From: Lepidodermella squamata
Taxonomy: Eukaryota; Animalia; Gastrotricha
Reading direction: 5' to 3'
NCBI GenBank assembly: GCA_047495785.1
Contig: JBLDXI010000030.1
Location: 62,001 to 126,000, forward strand
DNA length: 64,000 nt
This document shows positions 24,313-36,715 of the stretch, piece by piece. The position numbers were made by a program, and so were the translations under genes. Within the stretch, counting starts at the first letter, position 1, and every line of letters starts with the position of its first letter. Under the pieces are notes generated by a model. The model made no database searches. It saw nothing but the letters and a program-made list of their open reading frames with translations, and had not been told where the DNA came from.

Positions 24313-25510
24313 TCACTTCGAAACCATTCGACCGAAAATGTATAAATCGATGGCGAACAGCATCAACCCGCCACCTCCATAGAAAATCGCATCGCAAATC
24401 CTGATCACCTCCATGGTTGGTAAATATTTGACCTTAGCGAACACCTCGCGTTGAAACCACGGCTTAGCTACTAAGCAAACAGCGAGGAGAGTGTAGAATG
24501 TCAGAATGATTCCAGCTGATAGCTGAGCTGTGACGAATAGCAAAGCGTAGGGTGTGACGCTCGACTCTGGGATCATATCAACGATGCTTGTTTGCAGAAC
24601 AGAAAATGAGAGAAGCAGGGTGACGCAAAACATTGCTCGGTCGGGCGAATCAGGTTCGATGAAAACTGATCCGAATAGAAGGGCCGATAGGGCGAAGCTG
24701 GGGAAGAAAATGTTGACGACAAAGGTAATGGGTTTGCGGCTTATTTCGATTTCAAAAAATACACGACTGAACGAAAGAGCGTCTCCATACGAAGCGTACG
24801 TTACACTTCTTTCACCCAAGCTGAAACTGACCAATTTCCAAACAGCCGTTGGCGAAATAAACGGTGCATCTTCCGTGGCTGTGATGCCAGAATAGTTTGC
24901 AAACAGAGTTAATCTGGTATATTTAGAGTCTTCGTTGGACTCCAAAATTACGGGGCACCTTTGAGTGTCAAATGGAAACTTTTCGAGGCTGGATAAAATA
25001 GAGGCGGATCAAGAATGTCAATAAACATGTTTCAGCTTACTCTAGCAAGCAGAATGTAGACACACTGACAGTGGTTATCAATGACACTAAGCCGGTGTTC
25101 CCGAAATTGACGCCAGTGGACTTTTCATACGGATCTTTCATCGACGTCTCGGAATCTGCATTTTGGAGAAATAATGGTGGTTTCCAAGTGTCAGCCGTAT
25201 CAACTCGAATGAACGGAGTGTCTCCCCAATCTTGGGGGTTCCAACTCACACACGGGTGTTGATAATTAATAATTAAAGAGAGCAATATGTCAAGCCGCTC
25301 CTCGCGTTCGTCAAGCTGCCGCATGCGGATGGGATTGAATATAACACTTAGCTCCACCGTATCAGTGCCACGTTTCACAGGCCTCGCCTTTGTTGGAAAT
25401 CCACATTTATCAGAAAGGTTCTGATTCAGCTGTGCTTCATATGGCACAAATGAATCACCCGAGAAGATCCCTGTGGCACTCGTCAACAATAAAAGTGAAT
25501 ACAAAATCAT
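24313..25510 (-). CDS. Divergent Cys-loop channel subunit (subfamily B)
   Basis: ATG at 25510 (MILYSLLL); intron 24989-25040; CLLDLEKFPFDTQRC. Confidence 0.92.
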
Positions 25511-25907
25511 TCTGTTGGGTTTTCCTCCGTTTGAAACCAAGTGAAAGATTTCAAATTATCAAAATGACTGAAACAGCTCGAAATGGACACCAGCGTGGTT
25601 AGATCAATCCAAAATTCAATTAAGCTCTGAGCGCAATTTTGCAATGTAAACTGAGCGATCTCTCAAATATTTGAGATTGAAGTCGGCATGAATGGGTGAA
25701 TCCCCTGATCAAATAAAAAATGAGAGAGCAAACGCAAGTTTGAAATTTCCAATAATTGATCCCATTCAATACATTTTGCATTAGAGGTTCAATGCGTGGG
25801 TGCGCCTGAAATATGTATGTTGCAAAATTGATCGCGCTATGAGTTTAACCAAGCGATTTTCTTTACTACAGTAACAACATTTGCTGACACTCAGTGTTTT
25901 ACATGCT

Positions 25908-27519
25908 TCATAGCTCGAAAATAACTGTCACAGAGTAAAGGGCTACTCGATATCCCTGTTCGTTAAAATTCCCAACCTTCACCACCATCGACTCAATGTC
26001 AGTTGTATTGAAGCAAGGAATTTCCTCCAGGTTGTCGACCGGGTCCATTCCTAATGAGATATGATAGAACGGAAATTTCGGGTTAATTTCCAGATTCCGA
26101 GACGAAGAATACTCCTTCCCTGTTATGAGTCTCAGTTTGTAGCTAACTTCGAAATATCCACTTTCAGGTCCCTCGCCAGGGTCCTCGTTACCGTAGGAAA
26201 TCGCGATTAGCGGCAGTTTACAAGTTTGAAGACCTTTTTCCCATTTCCTGAGGTCGAATTCCAAATAATCCTCATGGTCAATAACGTAGCATGAAACGTA
26301 GTCGATAGAATCCCTATCTAAGTCGTTCCTCGTCGCAATCAAATCATTCAGGGTACGCTTTTCCATTTCTTCGTGAGACAAGCTACAGTCAAAATATCTC
26401 TTTGCCGGCTCTCTTCGCGGCGCTGGCGTCGGATATTCATTCGATTGTAGCAATTGATTGATGGACGTTTTGAAGTAAGCGATAATGTTCTCGGCAACCA
26501 AGTGATTTGCGGGCATACCTGCATGATTGTTGTCTTTGGAGATGTAGTAATCCCCAACATCCGAGGCCTGGTCTAACTGATCCTGAGTTTTCCAACACGT
26601 TTCCTGCAGGCACAATAGCTCAGGAAGCGCAATCAGGGTAACATTCAGTCGTTTCGCTGAGATGATATGATTTTCGAAATTTTCACGGCGATGAGGTACA
26701 TCGGCCTGTCTTAGGAGGGCTTTAACATCCGCGAAATCAATGACCACGACATGCAGTTTAGGGTTATGCCACCTCATCTCTCGTATCAGAGTTTCGAATT
26801 CGTAGACAGTCTCTTCGTGAAGCGAAAATTGAACGAATAGGATGTCGAATCGAGTGTAGTCGAGCATCTCATCGCCACACATTGCGAAGAACCCACTGCC
26901 AGTGCCTCCGATCGCCCAGTTCTCCATAGTCACTTCAAAGCCCATTTGGTGCAATGTCCTGTTGAACCATTCACTCACCATCCAGACATAGCCATTGTAT
27001 CTCTGTTATGAGGATTGAGATGAAAACCTGTAACTCAACATGAAATCACCTTACGAAGTGCTTCGAAGTTGACTCTCCCACTACGCCAATCTTGAGACCT
27101 CGATTTTCATTCTTCAAATTTTCGAGCCAGTTTTCCATTGGAGGGTCGAATAGATTCACGAGTAATCTGTGGAAGGTCTCTTGCTCGCCAGTGTGAACCA
27201 CGGATTTTTTGTCGAATTGGCTGTAGGTCATTCTTTGAGGCGTGTTTGCAAGCATTCGCAAGCCTTCGATTACGTACTCAGGCAGTGGGGTTTTCGGCTT
27301 TTCTTTTTCGAAAACGTGAAAATTAGGTAGCGGTAGATCAGGAACGAAACGATCTACAACATTGATGTGAGGTATTTTCGTTCCATAGCTGTGGGCCATG
27401 AACGCCAGGCATAGGTAGAGGCCAGATAGAAAAATGAGGAAGAGGACCAGCCTCCTTAAAAGTACGAGAAAATTCCTAACCATCTGAGAAAGTGTCGCAA
27501 GCGTAATTTTCTCTCTCAT
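25908..27519 (-). CDS. Type II membrane SGNH-fold protein, paralogue
   Basis: VVGESTS, NWAIGGTGS, DNNH; intron 27003-27054 at the family-conserved position. Confidence 0.78.
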
Positions 27520-27561
27520 TCAGTCCTGTCGAAATTCACGTGCGCAAATAAGCTCGCATGT

Positions 27562-29015
27562 TTATTCAGGAGTAATTTTGAAAGCAACTGTGATAGCATA
27601 GACGGACATCGGACATTTTTCAGCATTTCTATTAGTCACCGTTACCAGCAAAGATTTAATAGAGCCTGTAATGTAGCAAGGAACTTGTTTATGCGCGTCT
27701 AATGGCATCATCTTCGCATAAGGATTGAAAGGAAAATCTTCAGAGCTAATTTCGACTTCATAACCAGTGTTATCATAAACTGTCTCGTCGACCATCTCCA
27801 TATGATAGTCCAGCAAAATGGAGCCGCTTGCAAGGCCACAATCGCCTTCCTTATTTCCATAGGCGATGCCCAAACGCGGCAGATAGCACGTCATCACACT
27901 TTGAGTCTGCAACGTGATGTTGAATTCGAGGCTCTCATCGAAAGGTACAGTGTATGATCTCAAAAAATCGAGGCCACTCATCTCGCAATTCGTCGTCGGT
28001 TTCAGGGTGTCCATGGACCGGTTTTCATGCGTTGTATGGTTGAGTTTACACTCGTAGACATATTCATTTGGTTTGACCTTGACTTGGCCTGGGTAGACGC
28101 CATTGGAAAGAAGCTTTCTAAGCGATTTCTTAAGGTAGTATACAATATGTTCACTTATCATCGCGTGATGCCGATAACCAGCGTGAACGAAATCATATTC
28201 GGATACGTAGTAATCCAGGATATATTCCTTCTCATCGAGTTCTTCCTGCGTTTTCGGCCAAGAATTGTTACTACACATGAATTTCGGTAGACCTATCAAT
28301 GTAACGTCATGATCTTTAGCCGGCTTGACGTGTTTGCGAAAGTTGTTATACAGCTCAGCTTCCGCATAGAATGATTCATCTGCAAGTAAATTGCTCGCGG
28401 AAGCGAAGTCGACGATGATAACATGAATTCGAGGATTCGCGGCTTGCATCCGTTCGATTGTAAAACTCATGTCCCCATCCGATTCGCCGTGTGATGAAAA
28501 CTGAAGGCTGACTACATCGAAACGCGTCAGGTCGATCATTGAATGAGCGCACTGGCCGTAGAACGGCCCTCCAGTCCCGCCCATCGCCCAGTTTTCATGG
28601 TAGACATAGATACCCATCGGCTTGAGGGTTTCGTTCAACCAGGTCGCAACTCTGCCAAGATATCCGTCTTGTTTCTAAAGGAAATAAGACATAGCGAATC
28701 GATCGGGTTGCTTGGGAAACTAACGTAATGGGAAGATGTGGACTCCCCAAGTGTGAGGAATCGCAACGTTCGGTTTTCGTTATTCAAATTTTGCAGCCAG
28801 TTTTCTTTAGGTGGATCGAAAAGTCTGACAAAAATGTGATGCAGTGAGTTTTGTTCTCCCCAATGCGCGAGAGCTTTTTCGTTGAATTGACTGTAAATCG
28901 CACTGTATGGGGTGTTGACAATTGTCTCTAGTCCTTCAACTACATAATCAGGAAGCTTCAAGGCCGAGCTCCCGTAAAGATTGGCAATTAAACAGGTTAT
29001 AACGTAAATTCTCAT
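27562..29015 (-). CDS. SGNH-fold protein, paralogue with a short signal-peptide-like N-terminus and no stem
   Basis: TLGESTS, NWAMGGTGG, DFVH; intron 28675-28724; ATG at 29015. Confidence 0.78.
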
Positions 29016-29089
29016 TTTTTCCAAATGAATTGGTATGGAGAATTGCGATAAACACGTGCATCAAGAAAGGACTCTGATCCCCGCAATAT

Positions 29090-30693
29090 TTATTCTTTAA
29101 AAGCAACAGTCACTGAATAAACAGCCAAGTCGCATATGTTTGAGCAGTGGTTGGTCAGAACTACACGGACGGACACTAAATCATTAGCAGCCGAAAAACA
29201 CGGAACTTTTCTGTGCGCATCCACTGGCGTCGTAATAACAGAATGCACGAACGGGAAAACTGTATACATATCAACATCGTAATTCGCCTCGTATTCTTTC
29301 CCATCTGCCATTTTGAAGGTGTAAGCGATGTTGAAGTGGCCACCCTCAGCTACACACTCGTAATTCCAACGACCGTAAGAAATGAGAATTCGAGGGAGGT
29401 AACACGTTGTAATGTTGGTCTTGAACTCTGAAAATTCAAACTCCAGCGTGTTCTCATGTTCAATCAGCCAGCAATTTAGGAAGTCGATACTATCCTTTTC
29501 GGTTTCGGTTTCTAAAGGAACTAGGTTCTCTTTCGAACGACCCTCATGTTCCATATGAGTCAAATGGCATTCGTAATGATAATTTCTCTTCGATTTCCCG
29601 ACCTGTTTCTGCAACGGGTATAAATCAGTATCGAGCAGTTCCCGTAGTGATTGTTTAAGGTAGCTGATGATGTGTTCCGTAACCATGATATGAACCGGGG
29701 GACCAGCATGTTTGAAGTCAACCTGTGAGATGTAGTACTGGAAGATATGATCAAGCTCTTTCAACTCTGTCTCAGTTTTCGTCCAGTTTTTCTCCTCAGT
29801 CAGGAATTCTTCCGAGCCGATAACGGTAACATCCATGGATTTAGCCACGTCGATATGAATAGGTAGGTTCATCAATTTAGGCTTTTCCCGCAGTTCAGCT
29901 GGCTGGAAAGTGTCGCGAATATTTTGGAAATCGACAATGATGATGTGTAAATCGGGATTTTTGTAGCGTAAATCAGCTATTAGTGCACTGAACTCTTCCT
30001 TGGTTTCTGGGTTTCTCGTGAATTGGATTAAAGCGATATCGAAATCTTTCGGGTTGAAAAACTGATCGGCGCAGTATGAGAAAAACCCGCTGTTTGTTGC
30101 TCCGAGAGCCCAATTCTCAGCTTTAGCATGGAAACCAAGAGGTTCGAGAGTCTTGTTGAGCCAGCCAACCAAATAATCGACATGAACCGGTTTCCCACCC
30201 TGAGAATGAAAACATGTTAATCGAATTTGAAGACTTCACATTAAATTACCCGATTAGCAGACGTGGATTCGCCCAGAAGAACAACATTGAGACTTCTTTG
30301 CTCATTCTTCAAATTGTTTAGCCAATTTTCGGTGGGTGGATCGAACAACCTTACAATAGCTCGATGCAAGGTGGCGACATCTCCAACATGCTTGATTGCG
30401 GCTCTAGAAAATTGCCGGTACATCATGCTGTATGGTGACTTTATAACATGACTTATGCCTTCCCTAACATAGCTCGGCAGCCGATTCGGCTCATTCCAGA
30501 AATTAGCAATAGTATCGGGCAGTTTCATCAGATTTTCAGTGGAAATTCCATTTAGGATGGACGGCTTTTGCGGATCATTTCCAAAATTTTGCGGCAGATC
30601 GTTTCGGTTGATGAAAGCAATGAGCGCAAAAGTAACTAAGCAAAATAGGAAGACACAACAACGACAACGAGCTGCTGCGCTAGCACGAAACAT
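29090..30693 (-). CDS. Type II membrane SGNH-fold protein, closest to the inverted copy at 18095
   Basis: LLGESTS, NWALGATNS, QFTRN, DFKH; intron 30200-30249. Confidence 0.78.
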
Positions 30694-30955
30694 TTTCACG
30701 TGTGGCAGTTATGCTGAGCATGTATGAGAGATGTCGGCGGATAAATTTGAGACAGTCACGCTTCATGCGCGCAGCTGGTCAAATTTGCTGCCTTTCACTC
30801 CGGGATGACGCAAAAGTAGAGATTTAATGTAAGTCGGATTCCATAAAAAATATTATGCCAAGAAAAATATATGAATCCAAACTGTAACTAATGCAATTTC
30901 GGATTTATTTTCTCTACGGGGTCTGACAATGAAACAATCAGATGAGCAGGAATGT

Positions 30956-31200
30956 CAGTGTGCGACTTTCAGGGGGGATGGGGGGGGGGTCATCCCCCAG
31001 CTCGGCCGGGCCAGACGACAAAATGAGAATTTATCTCTCTATTTCGTCAATTTTGAAAAGTTCTGGATTGTGTTTTAGTGGAAATCTTCAAAATTTTCTC
31101 GCTTCGCTCGGTTATTCGCCAAAATAACTAGTAATTTTGGCCAATACAGCAAAAAAAAATTTCCATCCCTGGCAGCTCCTGGATCCAAGATCGCACCCTG
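30956..31200. mobile_element. hAT-like MITE (245 bp)
   Basis: TIR CAGTGTGCGA / TCGCACCCTG; perfect 8-bp TSD AGGAATGT at 30948-30955 and 31201-31208. Confidence 0.85.
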
Positions 31201-31493
31201 AGGAATGTGGAAATTTTCAGCAGGGCTATTTTCACCTGTAATTTTGAAAATACTCGTTTTTAAATCATTTCACCAGTAATTACGTATTTATTATGTCAGG
31301 ATCTTCCACTGGTATAACACTGACTCGTATTTCCTCGATTGTTTGTGGGGCCGTTGGTCGTTATCGCTTGCTTCTTGGTCGTTGGTTGTTCTGATGAATA
31401 ACAATGAAATAACGATAAGGGATTAATATGGGTTGTACCTAATAACAAACTACCATAACTAACATGAGAGATTAGCCAGCAGTCACTAAGAGA

Positions 31494-32675
31494 ATGCGAT
31501 TTGTCGTGCTAATTCTCCTACTTGGCGTTGGCTTAGTGTCCTCGAAAATTCAATTGATCGGGCTGATTCATCTGTCAAACTGCAATGAATCAGCGAATGA
31601 CATGCCGCACTCCCATTTGTCGTTGATGGGAAATGCGAATGGCCTATTGCCGAATGACCTTTTCAAACAAATCTCACTTAACGCCTCTTATTTCGACAAG
31701 GATACGAAACCAATAAGCTACCTATGCGGCCGAAGGAGGTCGAACGAAAACTGCGATGCCCGCTTCATTTCTTGCTTGTACGGCGAGCGGTACTTTAAAA
31801 TGCAGTGCTTCAAACGCAATCCTCGATTCATGGGCGCGAATAGCCAATGCTCCAGAGTAGACATTTCCACTCCGTTCTCAGCGATGGGTCTTTACGAGTA
31901 CACTAGACCTTTCCCAATAGCTTCATGCTACGAGAACAACCTTCTTGTCCCCCAGCAAGTTTATCAGGACATTGTTGAAAACGACTTGCGAGGTGGGTCC
32001 AGAGAGATGTCGCTGTCTCTGGCGGAAGGGCTTTCTATATATTCTAGAAAAGGTCGAGTTATTGAACGGCAGATGGAGCCAAATCAATTTTTAACAGCAA
32101 ATTTCTACAACGACAGCGCGGAGTTGATGCGCGCATTGGTCGGCCATGAAGTTGTGCTCATCTGCCATGGTACTGTCGATGCTTCGCTTGCTGAATTCAC
32201 ATACATAACTCGCCAGACTGCTACCCCGAAAACATCGACCGGAGTGGTTACGAGGCGAAGATGGAGTTGGGACATGGTGACTGCGCAGAATGACCAGCGG
32301 CAATCTCAAGGCGCCGTCATCAGTGTACGAACGCTCTACATCACGTTGCCGATAATTTTCGTTGCAAGTGTTTCGATTACTATCATCGGCCTCGCGGTGT
32401 GTCGGCCGACTTGCTGGGGCTCAGTTGATACTGGCCGGAATATTTTTGGCATCAGACGCCGAAATCGCAGCCCGAGTACTGATGTTCCTGACAATGTGAC
32501 TCGACTGACTTGGCAGGAATTTCTGAACAGCAATCGAAATTCGCCGCCGATCACTGATCCCGGGCGCCTGGATGGTGGGGAAACGGAGAGGATGTTGACT
32601 GCTGATCATCAACCGCCAAGTTACGACGAGGTTATGAAAAGTTTGGCATCACCGGATAACAGCTCACCATGTTAA
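31494..32675 (+). CDS. Orphan type I membrane protein with Cys-containing ectodomain and cytoplasmic PPxY motif
   Basis: Intronless 393-aa ORF; signal peptide, one TM (LYITLPIIFVASVSITIIGLAVC), PPSYDEV, AATAAA near 32703. Confidence 0.8.
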   Translation: MRFVVLILLLGVGLVSSKIQLIGLIHLSNCNESANDMPHSHLSLMGNANGLLPNDLFKQISLNASYFDKDTKPISYLCGRRRSNENCDARFISCLYGERYFKMQCFKRNPRFMGANSQCSRVDISTPFSAMGLYEYTRPFPIASCYENNLLVPQQVYQDIVENDLRGGSREMSLSLAEGLSIYSRKGRVIERQMEPNQFLTANFYNDSAELMRALVGHEVVLICHGTVDASLAEFTYITRQTATPKTSTGVVTRRRWSWDMVTAQNDQRQSQGAVISVRTLYITLPIIFVASVSITIIGLAVCRPTCWGSVDTGRNIFGIRRRNRSPSTDVPDNVTRLTWQEFLNSNRNSPPITDPGRLDGGETERMLTADHQPPSYDEVMKSLASPDNSSPC

Positions 32676-32780
32676 ATCATTATAATGCTTTCACGCTTTT
32701 TTAATAAAAAACTGAAATCAGTCTTCTCATTTAATTCCATTTCCCAGGCAAAGTATGTGTTTATCGTAAATAGTCATGTA

Positions 32781-33994
32781 TTACGAGAGCATGCGGCCCA
32801 TGAAAACACAATCGGCTATCAGAAGCAGTAAGCATACAGTAGAAATGAAAATGAAGTCAACACGCCGGAGGGAGAAATTCCATTTCGCCCAGCAACTTGC
32901 CATAGATTCCCCATCAGGTTTAGAGGAAGCTAATCGCGATCCTAACCAACAAGTTAACAAAGCGTAAATCGTACATATTATAGCTGTGGCGTAGTTAGCC
33001 GTCAAAATACACACGGCATCAGGAATAATGCTAGAAGTAGGTATAGCTTCCAGTAATGAAGCTTGAAGAACTGAGAAAGCGAGAAGAATAGTTACGCAAT
33101 ACACCGGTCTATCCGGGGCTTCTGGTTCGAGAAAAATGAACCCGAGGAGAACAGCGGATAGGCTGAAACTAGGCAGGAAAATGTTAGCAATATATGTGGT
33201 TGGAACTCGCGTTAAACTGAATCTAACACTCGCCCTGTGGAATGTTGCATTCGAGATTGAAGCGTTGTAAGTTGTAGTTAAGTTGATAGCTTCAAAATTG
33301 ATGAGCCGCCACACTGAAGTCGGCGGAAGGAAATGCGTATCTCTGTTATATTGAATCGCCGAGGCAGGATCCGCGAATAGGATAACACTTGCATTTGAAG
33401 ACAGCGCCTCTATATCCACTGAGCAGACAGGTGTGTCAAATGGAAATTTTTCAACGCTGAAAAAATAACCTTAAGCTAACATTTTTCACATCACTAAACT
33501 TACTCGAAATAGCAATAAGTTGAATAGCTTCCCATCGCCGATAAATAGACACTGCCATCGTCATAAAATCTCACCTTCTCAGCATTATCTATGACACTCT
33601 TCAGTGAAACATCAGAGTAGCCATTTATCAGGTAAACACTCGGAAGCCATGTTGAAGATGTTGGGACTGAAAAACCGTCGATATCGCCCCACTCTGCCGG
33701 GATCCATTTCACGCAGGGATGAGTCCAGTAGAAATTAATGGTCATCATCACAGTTAAGCGTTCTTCCGGGACGTTCAGCTCAACAAGCCGGAGTGGGATG
33801 AAAGTCGCTGTGACAACAGTGGGTGTAGTGAAGTTTTCAGTCGGTCTAGATACCGAGTAGATGCTGCACTCTTCTTGGAAATGGGATTTCAGTAGATCCA
33901 CATGGGGAACAAACTTGCTATCAACTTGTTGATGATGCACGTAATGAAGCATCATTGCTATGAAATTGAGAATATAGAGCGATCTTCTCATCAT
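32781..33994 (-). CDS. Divergent Cys-loop channel subunit (subfamily C)
   Basis: Intron 33457-33503; CYFDVEKFPFDTPVC; 4 TM. Confidence 0.92.
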
Positions 33995-34348
33995 GAAGTA
34001 GACAAACTATTGTTGAGCTAAGTCAGCGCGATCGAATCCATTCAACTCCAGACCGTTGCCAACATAAAACGGAGCGGAAATTGAACTTACAGGCAGGATA
34101 TGAGGATATGCCATGCCAAGCATTGAAATCGAAAGCAGTGAAGTTTTTTGCTGTTTACAATCAGCTGTGCTCATCCTAGCCCCATGCATAGGGTAAGCTT
34201 ACATCGATTGATTGATCTATTGCGAGCTGCAGTTTGAAAACACCGAACCCCTAGTTTTTATTATTCTCAGAATGACAAAATAAGCATAGCGGAATAGCAT
34301 TTGGAATTATATGATAAGCTAGCGAGTAATCATTAAAACAGCTATCAT

Positions 34349-35555
34349 TTAAGAAAGCATTCGGCCGAGAAAAACAGAATCAGCCACACACAAGAGTAAG
34401 CAAACGGTGCAGATGAATATGCAATCAATATTGCGAATGGATGAAAGCCACTTTTTGATTTTTCCTACTGGTTTGTCATTGGGCCTTCGCGATCTAAATC
34501 GCGTAGCTATCCAGCAAGTGACCAAAGCATACAGTGTGCAGATTATAGCCGTAGCGTAGTTTGCCGTAAGTATACAGAGCGCATCCGGGATCACACTTGA
34601 ATTCGGTACTAATTGAATCAGTGAAGCTTGAAGGACTGAAAAAGCCAGCAAAATCGTGACGCAGTACATAGTTCTATCTGGAGATGAGGGTTCTAGAAAA
34701 ATGAACCCAAGAAGAACAGCGGATAGGCTGAAGCTCGGTAGAAAGATGTTGACGATGTAAGAAGTTGGAACGCGGGTGAAACTGAATCTAGCAACAACCC
34801 TGGTATAATGCCCATCTGAGACGTAATAAACCGTCCTATTTATTGGTTTAAAGTAGTTGAGCCGCCAAACTGAAGTAGGCGGGAGGAAGGCAGTATCCTC
34901 GTTATATTGAATTTCCGAGTCAGAGTCGGCTTGGAGAATTACTGAGTCATTTTTTGATATCGCTTCGATATCAATCGAGCAGACGTGGGAGTCAAATGGA
35001 AACTTTTCAACGCTGAAAAAGATTCGTTAAACTTCTACCGTCTTCAATAAACCTATAGTCTTACTTGAAATAGCAGTAAGTTGAATAGCCACCCATCGGT
35101 GACATGGTTACACTTCCGTCTGCGTAAAATCTGATCCTCTCAGCGTTATCAATGAAAGTCTTCAATGAAGCATCCGAGTATCCATTGATCAGGTATATGC
35201 TTGGATACCAAGTAGTAGAATAATCGACTGCGAATCTGTCGATAGTTTCCCAGTCAGAGGCGTTCCACCTTACGCAAGGGTGGGTCCAAAAGAAATTTAT
35301 ATTCATCATGACTGTGAAACGTTCCTCCGGTACATTCAGCTCCACGACCCGGATTGGATAGAATGTAGCGGTGACGACGGTTGGCACTCTATAGTCATTT
35401 GTTGGCCGGAGTTTCGAATCTATGCTACACTCCTCTTCGAAGTATGTTTTAAGCAACGCAGCCTTTGGTAAAAACTTGCAAGATGCAAATAGCACGAAGC
35501 AGAGAACTATAAATGCAACGGATGGGTAGAAACCTGAACTCATCATATTTTTCAA
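34349..35555 (-). CDS. Divergent Cys-loop channel subunit (subfamily C)
   Basis: Intron 35013-35064; exon 2 is open from the acceptor (CYFNVEKFPFDSHVC) although the ORF track starts late; exact start uncertain (probably ATG near 35546). Confidence 0.9.
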
Positions 35556-35689
35556 TAAAAAACGAAATATATATTATTTATTGGACTACCTCATGACGAA
35601 GCTCGTGCAACTGCAAAGTCTTATTCAACGGAAATTAAAACTAGCTGTTGATCGAGCAGAAAAAGACCAATTCCGTGTTATCCGCGAAT

Positions 35690-35770
35690 TCACTGAGATA
35701 GCATGCGGCCGGGTAATACGGAATCAACCACGAAGAACAGCAAACAAACGGTGCATATAAAAATGCAATC
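35690..35770 (-). pseudogene. Relic of the M4 helix and stop of a subfamily C channel gene
   Basis: DCIFICTVCLLFFVVDSVLPGRMLSQ matches neighbouring M4 sequences; upstream sequence is unrelated. Confidence 0.8.
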
Positions 35771-36495
35771 AAGTGCTTCGCCGGACCTCACCTTCAGGTC
35801 TTTGTGTGCTTGCGGCACTGAATTTTCCAGCTTCACAGGGCGCCAAGATCTGGCCGTTGCATCTATCGACCCAGAGGTTTGCGATTTTGAAGTTCGAGAC
35901 CTATTCACCATAAAAGAGAAATCCGATTTCAAAGGGTACAGCCGGAGGAAAGCTTTGCTGAAAATTGGTGGGTTTGCGCAATAAAATATTCGAATTAATG
36001 TTTCAAGTTTCCAGCGCAAGTTTCCACATATCACGAATTAGCCGATGCTGAATCTTCTTCCTCAAGTGATTTGTCTTTTCTGACAGGTCTTCGAGCCAAT
36101 CAATTCATGAGACACCTTTTTTCTTTGGCATTTTCCTTTTTTGCAAAACTAACTGCACTGGCGTCTCCATTTTCTTCATCTTTTACTTTGTAAGTGCTTC
36201 ATTTTTTTCCTTTTTTCCTCATCTCAGTCAGCAGCAGCAGAAAAAACGGGGCTCGCGCGTGCAGTTAGTTTTGGAAAACATGAAAATGTAAAAGAAAAAA
36301 GGTGTATTGTATTTTTTGTGTTGCGAAGCTCGCCAAAATATTAATCAGAACGCTGAAAAATTGCCCCTCGATTTTTATAAAAACGCAATTCAGACAATCA
36401 GTGCGAACAGCTTCACAAACAGGGCAGGAATGTGAATGGACAAGCTCAAATCGATACATTGATCTAGTGCAAACTGTACTTTGAAGACAACAAGC

Positions 36496-36636
36496 CGTAG
36501 AGCGAAGTAGGACCGCGGAACTGGTGAGGATTACAAAATCGACATAGGGTCTTTGGTCTTCAAATGAGCTCACCTAAAGGACCGATGGAACTGGTAGGGA
36601 TGATCCCTAGCATCCCTAGCGGTAATTCGCTGTCTG
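36496..36636. mobile_element. hAT-like MITE (141 bp), same family as 44698
   Basis: 8-bp TSD CAACAAGC on both sides; termini resemble CAGAGAGCGAAGTA. Confidence 0.8.
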
Positions 36637-36715
36637 CAACAAGCTCTTAGCTATTTATTTCTCAGAAATGACAAGAATTATCTTGATGTGTGATATTCGA
36701 TAAAGTTTCGAGTAA

